Shown: positions 46,308-56,045 of the stretch, in pieces
How the letters are laid out: each line of letters starts with the position of its first letter
How positions within the stretch are numbered: the stretch's first letter is position 1
Assembly (NCBI GenBank): GCA_036307305.1
Contig: JAXJXV010000021.1
Coordinates: forward strand, 68,276-132,275
Reading direction: 5' to 3'
Origin: Acutalibacteraceae bacterium
Lineage (GTDB): Bacteria > Bacillota > Clostridia > Oscillospirales > Acutalibacteraceae
DNA: 64,000 nucleotides
Translations under genes and position numbers: made by a program
The notes under the pieces: model-generated
Seen by the model: only the letters and a program-made list of their open reading frames with translations
Database searches by the model: none
What the model was told of the DNA's origin: nothing

Positions 46308-46325
46308 TTTTATATGTGATATAAT

Positions 46326-46355
46326 AAAGGACGGTGATATTTGCCGTCCTTTTTA
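46326..46355 (+). terminator. rho-independent terminator
   Basis: ggacgg-tgatatttg-ccgtcc followed by ttttt. Confidence 0.65.
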
Positions 46356-46386
46356 CATATTTTAAGATAAAGAAGGGTGTTTTGAT

Positions 46387-47235
46387 ATGGGTTTGATTAT
46401 CGTAGCAATAATATTCGGTATTATTGAGGGAATTACAGAATGGCTTCCTGTAAGCAGTACGGGACATCTTATACTGTTTGAGGAAATTCTTCCGCAGTAC
46501 GTATCTAAAGACGTATGGGATATGTTTTTGGTAATTATTCAGTTGGGCGCTATTCTTGCTTCGGTTATTCTTTTCTGGGATAAAATATGGCCTTTCCAAA
46601 AGCCTGATAGGGCAGAGGGGAAAAAACTTATTAAAACCGACAGCTTTATCCTTTGGGTTAAAGTGGCTATAGCTACCGTACCCGGCGTAGCTTTTATACT
46701 GCTGGGTCTTGATGAAATATGTGATAAATATTTTTATAATTCCACAGGCGTGTCTATAGCCTTGATTGTGTTCGGTATTTTCTTTATACTTATTGAACAG
46801 TACAATAAAAAACGTACACCGAAATACGATGCTTTAGGTGATATCACATATTCACTGGCTTTATATATAGGTATTTTTCAGCTTTTAGCTGCGGCTTTCC
46901 CCGGAACAAGTCGTTCAGGCGCAACAATTCTTGGCGCGTTGCTTCTCGGTGTATCCCGTGTAGCTGCTTCGGAATTTACCTTTATTCTTGCCATACCTGC
47001 AATGCTTGGCGCAAGTGTTCTTAAAATATTTGATTTTACCGAAAAGGGCATAGCCTTGCAGACAAACGATATTATTTTCCTTGCAGTTGGTACTGTTTGT
47101 GCATTTATCGTATCGGTACTTGCTATTAAATTTCTTATGGGATATATTAAAAAGCATAATTTTGAGGTGTTCGGTTACTACCGTATAGCTTTAGGTGTTG
47201 CGGTTCTGTTAGTGTTTAACCTGATACTTAAATAA
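46387..47235 (+). CDS. uppP: undecaprenyl-diphosphate phosphatase
   Basis: GIIEGITEWLPVSSTGHL and PGTSRSGATI. Confidence 0.9.
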   Translation: MGLIIVAIIFGIIEGITEWLPVSSTGHLILFEEILPQYVSKDVWDMFLVIIQLGAILASVILFWDKIWPFQKPDRAEGKKLIKTDSFILWVKVAIATVPGVAFILLGLDEICDKYFYNSTGVSIALIVFGIFFILIEQYNKKRTPKYDALGDITYSLALYIGIFQLLAAAFPGTSRSGATILGALLLGVSRVAASEFTFILAIPAMLGASVLKIFDFTEKGIALQTNDIIFLAVGTVCAFIVSVLAIKFLMGYIKKHNFEVFGYYRIALGVAVLLVFNLILK

Positions 47236-47238
47236 TTC

Positions 47239-47267
47239 TTGACTTTTTATACGGCTTATATTAAAAT
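47239..47267 (+). promoter_or_regulatory. sigma-A promoter of the T-box leader
   Basis: TTGACT, a 17-nt spacer, then TAAAAT. Confidence 0.5.
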
Positions 47268-47274
47268 GATAAAA

Positions 47275-47528
47275 ACCGATGAGTAAGAAGAGTAGTTTAT
47301 CTTAAGGCTTTCAGAGAGTTGCCGTTGGTGTGAGGCGATAACCAAAGGATAAATGAATGGGCTTACGAGGGCGACCTGAAATGCAAAAAGTAGGGAAGAC
47401 GGAGGCTGACCGTTACAGCAGATAGCGTATGTTAGTGCGTGAAGTGTGCCTTGTGGCAAAGTCGGGTGGTACCGCGGATTTTTAAATTCGTCCCGAGTCT
47501 GATATATTCAGACTCGGGTTATTTTTTT
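47275..47528 (+). promoter_or_regulatory. T-box leader, tryptophan-specific (UGG specifier candidate at 47358..47360), with terminator 47492..47528
   Basis: AG box cagagag, GNUGGA-like ttggtgtgagg, and the T-box sequence aaagtcGGGTGGTACCGCGg at 47458..47477. The terminator is cccgagtctga/tcagactcggg plus a T-run. The downstream gene is trpB. Confidence 0.85.
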
Positions 47529-47638
47529 AAAAAGGAATGTTTGTTATGTTTAATTTGCCTTTCCGATGGCGTTCTTGCTATTGATTTTTTCTGAAAATAT
47601 GATATTATATTATTTGTAAATAACGGAGGAATGTTGTT

Positions 47639-48856
47639 ATGAATTTTAACGGAATTGATTTTGATACCTATCTTAAGAATTATCCTAACGAAGAGGGATA
47701 TTTCGGTAAATACGGCGGAGCTTATGTAAACGACGATTTGAAGAAAGCTATGAACGAAATAACTCAGGCGTATTTTACTATTTGTAAATCAAGAAAGTTT
47801 ATTGACGAACTTAGAAGAATAAGAAAAGAATTCCAGGGCAGACCTACACCTATTTCTCACCTTGAAAGACTTTCTAATAAGCTTGGTAACGTTCAGCTTT
47901 ACGTAAAGAGAGAGGACCTTAACCATACAGGCGCACACAAGCTTAATCACTGTATGGGTGAAGCGCTTCTTGCTAAATATATGGGTAAGAAAAAGCTTAT
48001 TGCCGAAACAGGAGCAGGTCAGCACGGTGTTGCTATTGCTACGGCGGCTGCATATTTCGGTCTTGAGTGCGACGTTTATATGGGAAGCGTTGATATAAAG
48101 AAACAAGCTCCCAACGTTGCAAGAATGAAGATTCTTGGCGCAAACGTAGTTGAGGTTACACACGGTCTTGCAACCTTGAAAGAGGCCGTTGACGCTGCTT
48201 TTGAAGCGTATGCTAAGGATTATGAGAACAGTATTTACTGTATCGGCAGTGTTGTTGGCCCTCATCCGTTTCCAATGATGGTAAGAGATTTCCAGAGCGT
48301 TGTGGGTATTGAAGCAAGAGAACAGTTTGTTGAGATGACGGGCGAACTGCCTGATGCTGTTGTAGCCTGTGTGGGCGGCGGCTCTAACTCTGCAGGATTT
48401 TTCTCAGGCTTCCTTAATGACCCTGTTGATATTTACGGTATTGAGCCTCTCGGCAGAGGAACTAAAATGGGCGACCACGCCGCTTCTCTGCAGTACGGTA
48501 CAGAGGGTGTAATGCACGGCTTTAACAGTATAATGCTTAAGGACGAGAATGGCGACCCTGCGCCTGTATATTCCGTTGCAAGTGGTCTTGACTATCCTTC
48601 CAGCGGTCCCGAACACGCATTCTTACATGAGCTTGGCAGAGTAAAATATGATGTTATCGGTGATGATGATACTATTGATGCATTCTTTACTCTTTCCCGT
48701 CTTGAAGGTATAATCCCCGCTATTGAAAGCTCTCACGCCGTTGCTTACGGTATGAAACTTGCGCGTGAAATGGGTAAGGGCAGTGTGCTTATTAACCTTT
48801 CGGGCAGAGGCGATAAGGATATGGATTATATTATCGAAAAGTACGGAATAAGATGA
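47639..48856 (+). CDS. trpB: tryptophan synthase beta chain (standalone, no adjacent trpA)
   Basis: [15 protein letters not shown] (PLP lysine), [17 protein letters not shown] and GGGSNSAG. Confidence 0.85.
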   Translation: MNFNGIDFDTYLKNYPNEEGYFGKYGGAYVNDDLKKAMNEITQAYFTICKSRKFIDELRRIRKEFQGRPTPISHLERLSNKLGNVQLYVKREDLNHTGAHKLNHCMGEALLAKYMGKKKLIAETGAGQHGVAIATAAAYFGLECDVYMGSVDIKKQAPNVARMKILGANVVEVTHGLATLKEAVDAAFEAYAKDYENSIYCIGSVVGPHPFPMMVRDFQSVVGIEAREQFVEMTGELPDAVVACVGGGSNSAGFFSGFLNDPVDIYGIEPLGRGTKMGDHAASLQYGTEGVMHGFNSIMLKDENGDPAPVYSVASGLDYPSSGPEHAFLHELGRVKYDVIGDDDTIDAFFTLSRLEGIIPAIESSHAVAYGMKLAREMGKGSVLINLSGRGDKDMDYIIEKYGIR

Positions 48857-48921
48857 TTAGGAAATAGGTGCCTCTCAGGGAGAAGCCTTATGTGAGGAGA
48901 ACAATTTTCGGTGAATATTTA

Positions 48922-48950
48922 AAACGGGAGGATTTTATATCCTCCCGTTT
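48922..48950. terminator. hairpin terminator, copy 1 of a 29-nt perfect direct repeat
   Basis: aaacgggaggattttatatcctcccgttt. Confidence 0.75.
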
Positions 48951-49214
48951 ATCATTTATATCATAACATTAAACGTTTTTAGGGTTTACAAATAAAGTAA
49001 AATGCTATATAATATTATTGCAACATAAATTCAATATATATATCGAAAATAGTTTGTGATTTTTTCTTTTGGTAAAAGCACAGGCTCTATTTATCATGTA
49101 CTATTTTCGGTATGTGTTGAATTTGTGTTGCAGCAAACGGAGCCAGGTGTTTTTAGAGTGCATGGCTCTGTCATGCACTTTTTTGTGCAAAAATACCGAA
49201 AGGAAGATAAAACT

Positions 49215-49550
49215 ATGCAGAAAACTTACTTAAAACAGGTTGGAGAAAGGTTGTTTGAATGTCGTACACGAAACTTTTTCTCCCGTAAAGAATTAGCGGA
49301 ACGTGCATCGGTTCCGATTTCATCAGTTAAGATGATGGAACGAGGCGAGGAAGCAGTTGGTATTGAGGACGCTTTGAAAATTTGTAATGAATTGGATTGT
49401 AGTGCAGAATATATACTTACTGGAAATTGCGGTATTTATGAATTGATAAAACTGAATCAAAAAATCTTGGATTTGCCGGAATCTTCTTTGCAACATTTAG
49501 AAAAAATGGTACAAGCCTTTTGGAATAGTTGTCCAAAGTCATTTCGTTAA
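49215..49550 (+). CDS. XRE-family HTH protein
   Basis: FSRKELAERASVPISSVKMMERGEE. The start is MQKTY at 49215, with RBS aaaggaag. Confidence 0.6.
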   Translation: MQKTYLKQVGERLFECRTRNFFSRKELAERASVPISSVKMMERGEEAVGIEDALKICNELDCSAEYILTGNCGIYELIKLNQKILDLPESSLQHLEKMVQAFWNSCPKSFR

Positions 49551-49568
49551 AAAGGAAAACAAGAAATC

Positions 49569-49597
49569 AAACGGGAGGATTTTATATCCTCCCGTTT
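49569..49597. terminator. hairpin terminator, copy 2 of the 29-nt perfect direct repeat
   Basis: Identical to 48922..48950. It lies between the XRE gene and the 3' end of mtaB. Confidence 0.75.
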
Positions 49598-49603
49598 GTT
49601 ATT

Positions 49604-50908
49604 TTAGTTATGGGTATCTACTTTGCCAAAAAGACAGGTATCCGTTCGGTGTGTGATTTTTACAGGTGTTATTTTCCCTGTCAGAGACTTATCACTTTTT
49701 ACCTTTACCTGACAGTAATTATCTGTAAAGCCGTGATAGTATCCCTTTTCATCTGTTGTTTCAAAAAGAACCTCCACAGTGCTATAAAGCATTTTATCAA
49801 GAAATGCTTCCTCAGTTTTTTTAGTAGCGCTTATCATAAGCTTACTTCTTCTGCTTTTTTCACTTTTCTCAACCTGATTATTAAGACCTGCGGCAACCGT
49901 GCCCTCTCTCCTTGAATAAGCAAAAACGTGGGCAGATGCAAAGCCGATTTCTTTAGCAAAATCAAGGCTTTGCTCAAATTCCTCTTCTGTTTCACCTGCA
50001 AAGCCCACCATAATATCGGTGGTAATTGAGGCATTTTTAAAAGTGCTTCTGATACGCTTTACTAAATCTCTGTAAAAGCTGGTGTCATAATGTCGGTTCA
50101 TTCTTTTAAGAGTGGTATCACAGCCCGACTGCAGAGAAAGATGAAACTGAGGACAGAATTTTTTCTGCTTTGAAAGGCGGTTTAGCATTTCATCACTGAT
50201 GTGGTCAGGCTCAAGGGAGCCAAGGCGCACACGAAGAATTGAATCAACCTGACAAACAGCCTCTACGGCATCACAGATGTTTACGTCTTCTTCAAGCTCT
50301 TTGCCGTAAGAGGTAAGGTTAATTCCAACAAGAACAACCTCTTTAAAGCCTTTTAGTGCCAACTGCTCTGCTTCCTTTTTTATATCAGCAAGGTTTTTTG
50401 AGCGTATATCTCCTCTTGCTGTAGGTATAATACAGTAGGTACAATATCTGTCACAGCCGTCCTGTATCTTCATAAAGGCACGGGTGCGCTCGTTAAAGTC
50501 TGATATATCGGGAGTGTTGAATTTTTCTTTTCTTTCGTGCTTTTCTATATCAACGATTCTTTCCCCGTTACTCATAAAGCTTGAAACGTAACCGATTATT
50601 TTTCTTGCATCGGTGTTGCCTAAGATTATATCCGCCTCTGTTAGCTTAAGGGCGTCCTTTGGGAAAGCCTGAGGCATACAGCCTGTCAGCACTATAACCG
50701 CATCCTTGTACAGTGACCTGTATTTTCTCAGCATCTGACGGGTTTTGCGGTCGCTCTCAGCAGTAACCGTACAGGAATTTATTATAAAAACGTTAACGTC
50801 AGGGCAGTCTGAAACAACGGTGTAGCCTTCTTTTTCAAAAAGCTCACGCATTACCTGAGTTTCATACTGATTTACCTTACAGCCCAGTGTATAAAATGCA
50901 ACCTTCAA
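49604..50908 (-). CDS. mtaB: tRNA threonylcarbamoyladenosine methylthiotransferase (radical SAM, MiaB-like)
   Basis: FYTLGCKVNQYE, radical-SAM CDRYCTYC, and a C-terminal TRAM-like domain. Confidence 0.75.
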   Translation of the reverse strand: MKVAFYTLGCKVNQYETQVMRELFEKEGYTVVSDCPDVNVFIINSCTVTAESDRKTRQMLRKYRSLYKDAVIVLTGCMPQAFPKDALKLTEADIILGNTDARKIIGYVSSFMSNGERIVDIEKHERKEKFNTPDISDFNERTRAFMKIQDGCDRYCTYCIIPTARGDIRSKNLADIKKEAEQLALKGFKEVVLVGINLTSYGKELEEDVNICDAVEAVCQVDSILRVRLGSLEPDHISDEMLNRLSKQKKFCPQFHLSLQSGCDTTLKRMNRHYDTSFYRDLVKRIRSTFKNASITTDIMVGFAGETEEEFEQSLDFAKEIGFASAHVFAYSRREGTVAAGLNNQVEKSEKSRRSKLMISATKKTEEAFLDKMLYSTVEVLFETTDEKGYYHGFTDNYCQVKVKSDKSLTGKITPVKITHRTDTCLFGKVDTHN

Positions 50909-51034
50909 AAAATCACTCCGAGTAAAATTAATCTGTCAATTATTATATTATAAAATCACTGTTTTTGCAACCTCTTGACATTTTTAGCAGAAAAAGGTAG
51001 AATACTGTTAGTAACGATTTTGGAGGAAACAAAA

Positions 51035-51265
51035 ATGATTACTAAAAAAGTGCTACTTAACAATATAGAAAGCGTTAACTGTTTCGTTAAAAAAATGGGG
51101 GACAAGGATTTCGAGGTTGACCTTATTTCAGGAAAATATCTTGTAAACGCCAAATCAATGATGGGTGTACTAAGCCTTGACCTTACTCAGCCTGTAACGG
51201 TAAACGCTTATACTGACGATGAAAATTTTATTTCAGAAATACAGCAGTACATATTTGAAGAATGA
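51035..51265 (+). CDS. HPr-like small protein (no obvious phospho-His motif)
   Basis: VNAKSMMGVLSLDL resembles the HPr Ser46 region. RBS is tggagga. Confidence 0.45.
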   Translation: MITKKVLLNNIESVNCFVKKMGDKDFEVDLISGKYLVNAKSMMGVLSLDLTQPVTVNAYTDDENFISEIQQYIFEE

Positions 51266-51298
51266 AAAACGCCCGTCAGGGCGTTTTAATTTTATATA

Positions 51299-52021
51299 CT
51301 ACTGTATAAGACCGTTAGGAGAAGCTTTTTCTTCTTCCCGTTGTTTGTTTATTTCGGCAAGAGCAGAATCATAAGCATCCTTAAGTCTTTGCTTATCGGT
51401 AATTAAAGCATCTTTCTGATTTTTCCAGTACTGCTTTTCTGTATCAGAAAGTGTGTCCGAATTTATTAGCTTTTCTGCTGCGGTAATACCTTCGTCAATT
51501 TCAGCTACTGCCGTGTCATATTCTTTTTTTAGTTCGTCCGCTTTTTTATTATATTTATTGTCAATAATGCTTTCAATAAGATTATTTACCGTTTCTTTTG
51601 TTTTTTCGGCATTTGATTTTTCGGAACTGTTGGAAGAAGTACCCGATTTTTTGCCTTGGTCTTTATTCTGTAAAGAATTGTCCTGAGAAGAATTATTTTC
51701 TTTGCTTTCTTCCTCGCCTTTTACAACTTCTATTTTACAGGTTAGCTTTAGGTCAGAACTTACTGCATAAACTTCTGCTTCACCCTCGCTGAGAGCTGTA
51801 ACTGCACCGTATAAAACGCGGACAATCTTTTGGTCAGAGCTTTCCCACTGAAAAGATAAATCCGCCTTGTTTTCTATAGTCAGCGTATAACTTTCACCTA
51901 TTTTGAGGGTTAATTCTTGTGCTGATATTTTAGGTGTAGTTGCGCCTTTTCCTTCTGAACACCCAATCGCTGTGAAAACCAGCAGAGCTATAAGTATAGT
52001 AGAAAGAAATATCTTTTTCAT
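51299..52021 (-). CDS. lipoprotein with a Big_2-like Ig domain and a coiled-coil tail
   Basis: Lipobox LLVFTAIGCSE. LTLKIGESYTLT...WESSDQKIVRV...GAVTALSEGEAEVYA is a Big_2 pattern. Confidence 0.65.
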   Translation of the reverse strand: MKKIFLSTILIALLVFTAIGCSEGKGATTPKISAQELTLKIGESYTLTIENKADLSFQWESSDQKIVRVLYGAVTALSEGEAEVYAVSSDLKLTCKIEVVKGEEESKENNSSQDNSLQNKDQGKKSGTSSNSSEKSNAEKTKETVNNLIESIIDNKYNKKADELKKEYDTAVAEIDEGITAAEKLINSDTLSDTEKQYWKNQKDALITDKQRLKDAYDSALAEINKQREEEKASPNGLIQ

Positions 52022-52022
52022 T

Positions 52023-53678
52023 TTAAATTTCCTTTATGTATCCGTTTTCTAAATGAAGCTGTTTATCGCAAATTCCGTCGGGAACTGCGCGATGGGTTAC
52101 CATTATAACAGTTTTGTCCGTCAGTTCTTTTAAAGCATTTAAAAGCTTTTCTTCCGTAGAGCTGTCAAGAGCTGAGGTTGCCTCGTCAAGAAGCAGTACG
52201 GGGGTATCGCACATAATAGCTCTTGCAATGGCAATGCGCTGAGCCTGTCCCTCTGAAATTCCTATACCGTTTTCGCCTATATGGGTGTTCAGTCCATCGG
52301 GCAGAGAGGATACCCAGTCATAAAGCTGAGCAGTTATAACTGCTGTTTCTATCTTTTCTTTATTTAGATTATCGGTACAGATTGTAATGTTTTCTAAAAT
52401 TGTACCCGATAAAATCATATTTCCTTGCGGAACGTAAGAAAACATACCTCTTGTGGAAGCGTTTATTTCGTACTTTGAGTCGAAACTTAATCTGCCTTTT
52501 GTGGCATTGTCGTAACCCAGCAGAAGCTTAAACAGTGTACTTTTACCTGCGCCCGACTCACCTGTAATTGCGGTGACGGTTCCTCTTTTAATAGAAAAAC
52601 AGGAATTTTTAAGTACAGGCTTGTCCTCGTAGGAGAAAGAAAGCTCTTCGGCATTTATACAGGTAAATACGTTTTTGATGGTGTCGGAAACGTCACTGTC
52701 AAGAAGCTTTAACTCATCAGAAATATCTTCTATTTCTGCAATTCTTGATGCCGAAGAAAGCATAGCGTTATAAGATGGGATAATACCCGATATGCTTTGC
52801 ATAGGGGCGCGAAGCTGTGAAATAATCTGCAGAAAAGCAAGTAGTGAGCCGTAAGAAACTATATTCTTCTGAATACCCATAGCACCCCATAATAGCACAA
52901 GGAAATATCCAAGGGTGAAGAAAGAATAAAGACCTACGGTATAAATTATATTAAGATTATTACGCTTAATTTTAAGTGAATAATTTTCTTTTAAAAGTGA
53001 GTTTAATTTTTTGTTTACAGGGGTAAGGGTTGAGAAGGATTTTATGACGCTCATATTTAAAAAGCTTTCCTGTAAAAACGCTTTTACTCTTGAGTCACTT
53101 TCCTGATGCTTTTTATGAAGAAGACGGTACTTATGACCTACTATTCTGCAAAGAGCGGGAACAGCTATGCCAAGACAGATAAGACCGGCGGCGAATTTCC
53201 AGTCAATAAGAAGAATTGCAACAGCGCCCGATAGTATTTTTGCTGTAATGGAAGCAACCGTTGGTATAATGGTTGATGCGGTATTTACTACTGTATCTAC
53301 ATCTGAGGAAAAACGATTGAGTAAATCGCCCGTGTGGTAAATTTCAACACGGGACAACTGTTTGGTGAAAAGCGTCGAGTATAGTTTTTGACGCAATAAA
53401 ACAGCCATTCTTCCCGAAACCGAAACGCGAATACGGGACAAAAGGGCAGAAAACATAATCTGTATTGCGATAAGAACAATAACGGCAATGCCGAGCTTTA
53501 CAAGACTGCCGTCTGTCTGGGATGAAGCTATATCTATTATTTTTTTGGAAACGAGAGCCAGAGCTATGTATATTACGGAAACGACAGACGACAAAAGGGA
53601 AGAAAGAATTATCCGTCCCTTTTGTGATTTTATTAAGGCTCTGACAAGCTCGTTTGAAGTGGACTGATTTTTATTCAA
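52023..53678 (-). CDS. ABC transporter, fused permease and ATPase (exporter type)
   Basis: Six-TM N-terminal domain. Walker A GESGAGKST, signature ISEGQAQR, Walker B LLLDEATSALD. Confidence 0.9.
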   Translation of the reverse strand: MNKNQSTSNELVRALIKSQKGRIILSSLLSSVVSVIYIALALVSKKIIDIASSQTDGSLVKLGIAVIVLIAIQIMFSALLSRIRVSVSGRMAVLLRQKLYSTLFTKQLSRVEIYHTGDLLNRFSSDVDTVVNTASTIIPTVASITAKILSGAVAILLIDWKFAAGLICLGIAVPALCRIVGHKYRLLHKKHQESDSRVKAFLQESFLNMSVIKSFSTLTPVNKKLNSLLKENYSLKIKRNNLNIIYTVGLYSFFTLGYFLVLLWGAMGIQKNIVSYGSLLAFLQIISQLRAPMQSISGIIPSYNAMLSSASRIAEIEDISDELKLLDSDVSDTIKNVFTCINAEELSFSYEDKPVLKNSCFSIKRGTVTAITGESGAGKSTLFKLLLGYDNATKGRLSFDSKYEINASTRGMFSYVPQGNMILSGTILENITICTDNLNKEKIETAVITAQLYDWVSSLPDGLNTHIGENGIGISEGQAQRIAIARAIMCDTPVLLLDEATSALDSSTEEKLLNALKELTDKTVIMVTHRAVPDGICDKQLHLENGYIKEI

Positions 53679-53934
53679 GAATGTTATGCTCCTTTAAAAC
53701 GTTTAAAAATACCTTTATATCGGTTTTTGCAGTAGCTTCATCAATGTCGTATTCCTCTGTCATAAGAGAAATTAGTTCTTCTTCGCTTTTTTCCTCGCCC
53801 AAAAGTCGCCACAAAAAAGAAGCAGACTCGTTAAGGGTTATAGCGGCGTTGAAATTCATAGTGTTATTGCCTGTAGGAACAACCAAATTTTGTCCTGCTA
53901 CCGTTCTTAAGATAAATCCCTCTTTAATTTTCAT
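53671..53934 (-). CDS. PqqD-family (RiPP recognition element-like) small protein
   Basis: FILRTVAGQNLVVP...ITLNESASFLWRLL...EELISLMTEEYDID..A..DI..FL..L is the PqqD pattern. It overlaps the ABC gene start by 8 nt. Confidence 0.65.
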   Translation of the reverse strand: MKIKEGFILRTVAGQNLVVPTGNNTMNFNAAITLNESASFLWRLLGEEKSEEELISLMTEEYDIDEATAKTDIKVFLNVLKEHNILE

Positions 53935-54051
53935 CGCAATTCCTCCGTTTATATTTAAATTTATTATAACTTATTATAAATTATATTGCAAGTGTAACCG
54001 TTTTTGTTTATAATATTATTAAAATCCTGAAAATATTACGGAGGTTTCAAA

Positions 54052-54570
54052 ATGGACAGCTATTGCGAACATCTTATTCCTATGAGAAAGGACAAAAAAG
54101 CTATTTTGCTGCTTGTTTTTATATGGGCGGTTCTGCTTTTGATAATTGCCTTTTGTTTTCTTATGATTTCTAAGCTTGGCGTGTTTTCCTTTATACTTAC
54201 GGTGGCGGCTGTTTTCGGCGGAGTATGGCTGACCAAACAGCTTAACGTTGAATACGAATATATTTTTACAAACGGTGAAATGGACGTTGACCTTATAACC
54301 AGCCGAACCGACAGAAAAAGACTCATTACCTTTCAGATTAAAAATATTGAGCGCATTGAAAAATACAGGGCGGGAATGCCTATGTTTGAAAAAGAACAGT
54401 ATGATAAAAAAAGCGTTTACTGTAATGCAACCGACGAGGACGTTTACTGTATTTCCTTTAAACATAAAATAGGAAAGGTTTGCCTTGTTATGCAAATAAA
54501 GAAGAATATGCAGGAGGCTATGCTGCCTTATCTTGATAAGCTTCTTGTTCGCGAGGCATTTAAGGACTGA
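54052..54570 (+). CDS. hypothetical 2-TM membrane protein
   Basis: 172 aa. Helices are AILLLVFIWAVLLLIIAFCFLMI and VFSFILTVAAVFGGVWL. Confidence 0.55.
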   Translation: MDSYCEHLIPMRKDKKAILLLVFIWAVLLLIIAFCFLMISKLGVFSFILTVAAVFGGVWLTKQLNVEYEYIFTNGEMDVDLITSRTDRKRLITFQIKNIERIEKYRAGMPMFEKEQYDKKSVYCNATDEDVYCISFKHKIGKVCLVMQIKKNMQEAMLPYLDKLLVREAFKD

Positions 54571-54571
54571 A

Positions 54572-56041
54572 ATGAAAGTTTTAACCGAAAATAATATACG
54601 AAAAGTTGAAGAAACAGCCGCGTATGGCGGAATGTCCTTCCTTGATATGATGGAAAACGCAGGACGCTGTGTAACAGAGGAAATCTGCAAACGTACCGAT
54701 GTTAAGGGCAAAAGCGTTGTGATAGCCACAGGCGGCGGTAATAACGGCGGCGATGGTTACGTCGTTGCAAGGCTTCTTGAAAATGAGGGTGCGTTCTGCC
54801 GTGTAGTTTCTTTAAGTGAGCCTAAAACACAAACAGCCTCGATAGTGAAAGAAAAATACGGCGGGGAGATTTTGCCCTTTAATCCGTCTTACTTTTATGA
54901 GGCTGATATTATCGTAGACGCTGTTTTTGGCATCGGCTTTTGCCGTGAAATCGAGGGCGTTTACAAGGATGCGATAGAGGCTGTAAATGAATCGGGGGCT
55001 TATAAAGTCAGTGTTGACGTGCCGTCGGGACTGAACGCCGACAGCAATACTGCAAAGCTTTGTGTAAAGGCTGACCTGACCGTTACCTTTATCGGTTATA
55101 AGCTGTGTCACCTTACCTATCCCGCAAAGGAATATTGCGGAGAGATAGTGTTATGCGATATAGGTATTAATGAAGCTGCTTATAAAGAGGCTGAATATTT
55201 GGGTGAAATAATCCCTCCTCCTGTTTTTGATAAGCGCAAAAGCAACACCCATAAAGGAAGCTACGGCACAGCAGGACTTGTAGTTGGCAGTTACTCAATG
55301 GCGGGTGCTGCAATACTCAGCGTTAAGGGTTGTCTGCTAAGCGGAGTCGGTCTTGCGAAAATCGTTTTGCCCGACAGTATTTACGGTATTGTTACGTCTT
55401 CTGTGCCTGAGGCTGTGTGTCAGGTTTATTTTGAAAATGAGGATGTCAGCAGTATTACTGAAAAACTTTTAGACTGCCCCGCGCTTCTAATTGGCTGCGG
55501 TCTTTCTAAAGGTGAATTTCAAAAGAAATTAGTTAAGGATATCCTTGGTAAATATAAAAATAAGCTCATTATTGATGCCGATGGTCTAAATATACTAAGT
55601 GAAAACATAGAATATATTAAAGAATCAAAGGCGGATATAGTTCTTACCCCTCATCCTGCTGAAATGGCAAGACTGTGCAAGGCTAATACCGATGAAATAG
55701 AAGCAAACAGAATACACTATGCTGTAAGCCTTGCAAAAGAGCTCGATTGTACGGTGGTGCTTAAAGGAGCTGTTACTATAGTTGCCGATAAGCAGGGTAA
55801 TATGTATTTTAATCTTACAGGTAATGCAGGTATGGCTACAGGCGGAAGCGGTGACGTACTTGCAGGTATAATAGTTTCTTTTGCCGCTCAGGGTATGAGT
55901 TGTCTTCAGTCGGCTATGAGTGGCGTTTACGTCCATGGCAGTGCAGGGGATAAGGCAAAAGAACAGGTTGGTGAAATTTCACTGTTACCTACCCATATAC
56001 TCAGTAATCTGCCCGAGGTTTATAAAGAACTGACGAGGTAG
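54572..56041 (+). CDS. nnr: bifunctional NAD(P)H-hydrate epimerase / ADP-dependent dehydratase
   Basis: YjeF-N motif GGGNNGGDGYVVARLL. The C-terminal carbohydrate-kinase part has HKGSYG and GGSGDVLAG. Confidence 0.85.
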   Translation: MKVLTENNIRKVEETAAYGGMSFLDMMENAGRCVTEEICKRTDVKGKSVVIATGGGNNGGDGYVVARLLENEGAFCRVVSLSEPKTQTASIVKEKYGGEILPFNPSYFYEADIIVDAVFGIGFCREIEGVYKDAIEAVNESGAYKVSVDVPSGLNADSNTAKLCVKADLTVTFIGYKLCHLTYPAKEYCGEIVLCDIGINEAAYKEAEYLGEIIPPPVFDKRKSNTHKGSYGTAGLVVGSYSMAGAAILSVKGCLLSGVGLAKIVLPDSIYGIVTSSVPEAVCQVYFENEDVSSITEKLLDCPALLIGCGLSKGEFQKKLVKDILGKYKNKLIIDADGLNILSENIEYIKESKADIVLTPHPAEMARLCKANTDEIEANRIHYAVSLAKELDCTVVLKGAVTIVADKQGNMYFNLTGNAGMATGGSGDVLAGIIVSFAAQGMSCLQSAMSGVYVHGSAGDKAKEQVGEISLLPTHILSNLPEVYKELTR

Positions 56042-56045
56042 AAAT

